Source: Candidatus Poribacteria bacterium (GTDB taxonomy: Bacteria; Poribacteria; WGA-4E; PCPOR2b). From it: a stretch of DNA of 64,000 nucleotides. The translations under genes and the position numbers were made by a program. The notes under the pieces were generated by a model. It was given only the letters and a program-made list of their open reading frames with translations, was not told the DNA's origin and made no database searches. The stretch covers positions 2,752,001 to 2,816,000 of the forward strand of contig OZ242326.1 of assembly GCA_965208325.1 (NCBI GenBank). Direction: 5' to 3'. Shown here piece after piece: positions 59,819 to 64,000 of the stretch (the stretch's first letter is position 1; each line of letters opens with the position of its first letter).

Positions 59819-61381
59819 ATGACAAAACTCAACGACGTGAACACGACTGACATCCACGACGCCATTTCTCTAGGTTGTCGCACCATGTGCTGCGTTTTCA
59901 ACGCGGACGACAATGACATCCCCTTTTTCGGGTCGCTTGTGCGCCCTGATGCGAAGTTGACCTTCGCTTCGTATGCTTCGGAATCCCATGTTCCAGGACG
60001 TCACTTAAACGCATTGTTAAATGCTGAAGATGCTACCGGTATCGAACTGGACGAGGATGCGATCGAAAAGCATGCGAATGCCGCATTCTATTCTTATAGC
60101 GGCCCGATACCGCTGCCCTTGAATCGAGAGACTATCGACGGCGAACTAAAGAATTGTATCGCACACAATATTCGAGAAGGCTTTCATGCGCTCTACGCAC
60201 TTGCCAAATACCGGCAGTCCGAGCAAGCCTGCCGCTTAGCCGAGGATTCAATCGCCGCCATTTTCGAATATTGGGCACCATCTCACGCCTGGGATCGGGA
60301 ACGCATAGAAGAAATGGGGTTGAGAGCCCCTGGCGATGCATTCGTTACCGGTTTAGCGCGTGCCATCGGCCCGCTGGTAAAGTATTACGAAGCAACGGGA
60401 TACGGTCCCGCCTTGGATTTAGCAATCGTCCTCAAGGAGAAAACCATCAACGGAATCTTCACTGAAGAGGGCGGATACGACCCGGAAATTTTTGCGACCC
60501 ATACCCATTCGACAACCTGCATCATGTCATCTCTTGCTCAACTCGCGGACCTAACAAGCGATTCAACACTAATGAATCGAGTGAAGGCTTTTTACGACAA
60601 CGGGCTTTGGGACATTCGCGATGCGCTTGGATGGGTAATCGAGTCTAGCCGCGAGGATGCATCTCCGGATAACGGCGAAGTAAATAACACCGGGGACATC
60701 GTTGAAACAGCGTTGATTCTAGGCAGTTGGGGTTACACGGATTATTACGGGGACGCTGAACGCATTTTGCGCGGACACCTGCTCCCTTCCCAATTACGCG
60801 ACATCTCCTTTATCGAAGAGCCGCCCAACCCGGAGGGCGAAGACGGCAAGCGCGATGTTGCCAACAGGCATCAAGGCGCATTCGGCTTCCCAGCACCTTA
60901 CGGTCACCAAGCAGTTGAAACCTCCCACGTAAGTTTCAACATGGACATCGTCGGCGGTGCGGTCGGTTCATTGTGTGAGGTATATCGGGAGGCAACACGG
61001 TTCGATTCCGCCGGACATTGGGTCAACCTTCTTTTCGATCACGAAACAGATGCAATCAACGTTCAATCCCCTTATACCGGATCGGCGTTACGAATTAGGA
61101 CAAAATACCCGGCCCCCTTATTTGTCCGCATTCCTTCTTGGGTTGATCCGGCGAGTATAACGGTAGAGGGAACATCTGAATCGCCAAGGCACACTAACGG
61201 CTATCTTTTTATCGGCGAACCTCCAGTGAATCGCGTGTTATCCCTTAAGTTCCCCATTCCCGAGCAGGAAATTCAGCTTAAACACCGCACGAGGAAAATT
61301 CGCACTCGGCTTCGGGGCGATGCAGTGGTTGCCATGCAGAACTTCGGTGCGGATCTAACGTTCTTCGATCCAATCGATTAA
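59819..61381 (+). CDS. Hypothetical protein, possibly GH127-like (alpha/alpha)6 barrel plus beta domain
   Basis: 520 aa with AAGGAG RBS; HTHS, EVNNTGD, AERILR and LFVRIPSW resemble GH127-like proteins. Confidence 0.6.
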   Translation: MTKLNDVNTTDIHDAISLGCRTMCCVFNADDNDIPFFGSLVRPDAKLTFASYASESHVPGRHLNALLNAEDATGIELDEDAIEKHANAAFYSYSGPIPLPLNRETIDGELKNCIAHNIREGFHALYALAKYRQSEQACRLAEDSIAAIFEYWAPSHAWDRERIEEMGLRAPGDAFVTGLARAIGPLVKYYEATGYGPALDLAIVLKEKTINGIFTEEGGYDPEIFATHTHSTTCIMSSLAQLADLTSDSTLMNRVKAFYDNGLWDIRDALGWVIESSREDASPDNGEVNNTGDIVETALILGSWGYTDYYGDAERILRGHLLPSQLRDISFIEEPPNPEGEDGKRDVANRHQGAFGFPAPYGHQAVETSHVSFNMDIVGGAVGSLCEVYREATRFDSAGHWVNLLFDHETDAINVQSPYTGSALRIRTKYPAPLFVRIPSWVDPASITVEGTSESPRHTNGYLFIGEPPVNRVLSLKFPIPEQEIQLKHRTRKIRTRLRGDAVVAMQNFGADLTFFDPID

Positions 61382-61467
61382 ACTGCGCGCACTGCTACAA
61401 TGAACATTAACTCTGCTTGGGTATGGCAGCGCTGCATGGGGCTAATTCAGACTTGTGAAGCGAATGG

Positions 61468-62643
61468 CTAGCTTGCCGATGCGTCCTTTACGTCTCGCCA
61501 TTGCCCAGTTTCCCACGAACGTTGAATCGCAGCCTGCACTTGTGCTACTGCTAACGCTTCTGCGAAGCCGGGTACAGTTTGCCGGCCGTCTCGGATAGAC
61601 TCTAAGAATTGGTGGGCTTCTATAACCTTGAGTTCTTCATACCCTAAGCCAATGCCCGGACCGGGATTAAATCGGGAATGGAAAGGATGCTCCGGCCCGC
61701 CCACTATGCGAACAAAACCTTCATGGGTATTGTTGTCATCTGGAAGATAAAGTTGGAGTTCATTCATCCGCTCAAAGTCCCAGCTCAACGCCCCGTGCGT
61801 ACCGTTCGCCTCGAACGCCATGGGAGATTTCAAACCGCTTATAATCCGGCATGCCTCTAGCGTACCATGTGCCCCATTGGCAAATTGCACCAGTGCGCCC
61901 GCATAGTCTTCGTTAGTTACATCTCCCATCGGTCCCGCCGTGCGAGCCGTCGTATGTGTAACTTCGCCGGGCTTGGGGAGTGGACGTTGCGGGATGAACG
62001 TCTCGCGATTCCCAATCACGCACTTTATTGGTCCCGCAATCATATGCGCCATATCAATCACATGCGACAGCAAATCTCCCAAAGTTCCTAACCCGGAAAA
62101 TTCTCGCTGAAACCGCCACGACAGTACCGTTTGAGGATTACTAGCCCAGCCTGTAAAGAATGTGCCCCGGTAGTGGGTTAGCTTACCCAAACGTCCATTC
62201 TGAATCAATTGGTGTGCGTACTGCACCAGCGGCGCCCACCTGTAATTGAAACCCACGAAAGTCAGAATACCCGCCCGGCGCGCCGTACGTTCTATTTCTT
62301 CCGTTTCCTTCGGGTTGCGACCAACAGGCTTTTCACAGAAGATGTGCTTACCAGCTTCGGCTGCTAACCGGGCAATTTCAAGATGGACGTTGTTCGATGC
62401 GGCAATATTCACTACTTCAACAGCCGGATCCGCGATTACTTGTCTCCAATCTACGGTGTGCCGTTCAAAACCGTACCGCGTTTTCGCTTGGCGCGCACGG
62501 TCTTCCGCCTCATCCGCACAAATTACCAGACGGGGTTGGATGCCGCTGTCATGAAATCGATGTGGAATCTCCCGGTAGGAGCGGCTGTGTGTCATCCCCA
62601 TCCAGCCCACACCAATCACGCCAATCCCAATTGTTCGCGTCAC
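61468..62643 (-). CDS. Gfo/Idh/MocA oxidoreductase
   Basis: GVGWMG, CEKP, GFNYR and [12 protein letters not shown]. Confidence 0.92.
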   Translation of the reverse strand: MTRTIGIGVIGVGWMGMTHSRSYREIPHRFHDSGIQPRLVICADEAEDRARQAKTRYGFERHTVDWRQVIADPAVEVVNIAASNNVHLEIARLAAEAGKHIFCEKPVGRNPKETEEIERTARRAGILTFVGFNYRWAPLVQYAHQLIQNGRLGKLTHYRGTFFTGWASNPQTVLSWRFQREFSGLGTLGDLLSHVIDMAHMIAGPIKCVIGNRETFIPQRPLPKPGEVTHTTARTAGPMGDVTNEDYAGALVQFANGAHGTLEACRIISGLKSPMAFEANGTHGALSWDFERMNELQLYLPDDNNTHEGFVRIVGGPEHPFHSRFNPGPGIGLGYEELKVIEAHQFLESIRDGRQTVPGFAEALAVAQVQAAIQRSWETGQWRDVKDASAS

Positions 62644-62759
62644 GGTTGCTCTCCTTCGCTTTCACATTTAGGCAAATCCGGTTGAAGCGAAAAATGCAGC
62701 TCGGCGATACGAACTTACGCTCATGCTCGCCTCCAGCAGAACAGCGCTGGTACGTCCTA

Positions 62760-64000
62760 CTAACCTGCAATCAACCGGCGGATGCGTTCGTCAAGTGCTT
62801 TTTGATCGGCAGCAAACGAGGCGAGTCCGGCGAGGTTCAAGAGCGTGTCGATCGCAAGTTCACCTGACTTGACGCGCTCTTCCCAGATTTCATGCTTCGG
62901 TATCTTGCCGTCGAAGGCGATTTTGTCAAGATCTGCTGTGGAAAGTCTAGGAAACAAATCGCCGGCACCCATGTCATGCGCCTGTATCACCAACTCTTCC
63001 GCCGTCTGAGGCGTATCGGTCGTAATACTTTCAACTAGACTACGCTCAGATTCTGCAACTTCCCACAACGTATGTAGACGCAAATCCGATGCACTGACCT
63101 CGTCGTTGAGACGTATCGGATAATCGCTGTCAACTTTGTAGCCCCACTCCCCTGAAAGTTCCTTTTTGGCAGCAGCAGCAACCTTTACGGGCATCGTGAT
63201 AACATCAATTCCTGCCAAATCCGCAAGCTGCCCAGCTCCTCTCAAGCTCGCGGCGATTTGTTGCGTCGGTACTTGAGTACCCTGAGCCAGGTCATTAACG
63301 GCTCGTTGGCTCGCAAGTGCAGATTTTTCACCAACCAACCGGCCGTCCCCCAATTGATTGTCAACCATGTAAGCATTTAGCCGACCAAGAAACACGTTTA
63401 CGTACGAAGGCGCGCCAAATGCTGTTGCTATGTAGTTATGTCGCGCACTGAACCCCAAAGTGAAATTAACCGGTACGCCTGATTCTCGTAAGCGGCGCGT
63501 AGCAATTAAACCCGCTGGCGTCAGCGGTATTTTGATGATAAAGGCGTCGGGGCAAATATTATAATACCGGTGACCATACGATACGCTTCTCTCAATGTCG
63601 TGAGCCAAATCCGTATGTAGCTCGACGCTCACTTTTCCGCCGAATCGTTGTGCTAGACGAAGTCCGTGATGGGCATTTAAGACAAACGCAATCTCGATAA
63701 TTTGTGTACTTGTATCCAACCCATAAAGCGTACCGGCAGTTTTCTGAATCAAATCATCGTATATACCCTTTTGCACCTCGGCGTTAAGCAACGTGTTGTT
63801 CGTCGTTAGCGCCGTGAATTCGTCGGTCCATAACGGCGTTGCTCCGTCAATATCACCTGTGTCAAGCCAAAGTTCAGTACCAATGTCACACAAAGCGCTC
63901 CAAAATGGATCTGATTCGGTGTCAAGACGTTCGCCATGTATATCAGCACCATCCTTTACAAAATCGTGGATTGGGTCAACGATATTCACAGCAGGTTCCA
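62760..64000 (-). CDS. Transaldolase family protein (start at or just beyond the right edge)
   Basis: LWLDTGD, TTNN, VSVE, IIKIP Schiff-base Lys, VNFTLGFS, FLGRL and AASLR; frame is open to the window end. Confidence 0.85.
   Translation of the reverse strand, partial: EPAVNIVDPIHDFVKDGADIHGERLDTESDPFWSALCDIGTELWLDTGDIDGATPLWTDEFTALTTNNTLLNAEVQKGIYDDLIQKTAGTLYGLDTSTQIIEIAFVLNAHHGLRLAQRFGGKVSVELHTDLAHDIERSVSYGHRYYNICPDAFIIKIPLTPAGLIATRRLRESGVPVNFTLGFSARHNYIATAFGAPSYVNVFLGRLNAYMVDNQLGDGRLVGEKSALASQRAVNDLAQGTQVPTQQIAASLRGAGQLADLAGIDVITMPVKVAAAAKKELSGEWGYKVDSDYPIRLNDEVSASDLRLHTLWEVAESERSLVESITTDTPQTAEELVIQAHDMGAGDLFPRLSTADLDKIAFDGKIPKHEIWEERVKSGELAIDTLLNLAGLASFAADQKALDERIRRLIAG

Overview
A 64 kb stretch of bacterial chromosome. 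It is most likely from Ca. Poribacteria or a close relative; this is inferred from two secreted proteins ending in a V-x-P-x-G-K-x-x-x-T-W-x-x-L-K tail, plus LamG and TolB-like propeller proteins and a microcompartment-type aldehyde dehydrogenase. Housekeeping genes include aroK-aroB-aroQ-efp-accB-accC-comB, scattered hisG/hisB/hisA, tsaB, a polyprenyl synthase and tRNA-Leu(CAG). The rest is many catabolic enzymes (SDRs, enolase superfamily, cupins, ICL/PEPM family, Gfo/Idh/MocA), two ECF sigma loci and secreted proteins. Intergenic DNA is dense with several families of GTAG-REP and palindromic repeats; no transposase or CRISPR array was found. Best candidates for something new: (1) a sigma-54-driven membrane-anchored DUF4159 gene interrupted by one in-frame UGA followed by an fdhF-like SECIS hairpin (candidate new selenoprotein); (2) an ECF sigma factor paired with a soluble tandem-FHA protein and a TPR-metallopeptidase (candidate phosphothreonine-controlled anti-sigma system); (3) a promoter-driven structured ncRNA candidate of about 190 nt; (4) several pseudo-enzymes (two HtrA paralogues, one AAA+ protein). 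All calls come from reading the sequence; no database searches were run.
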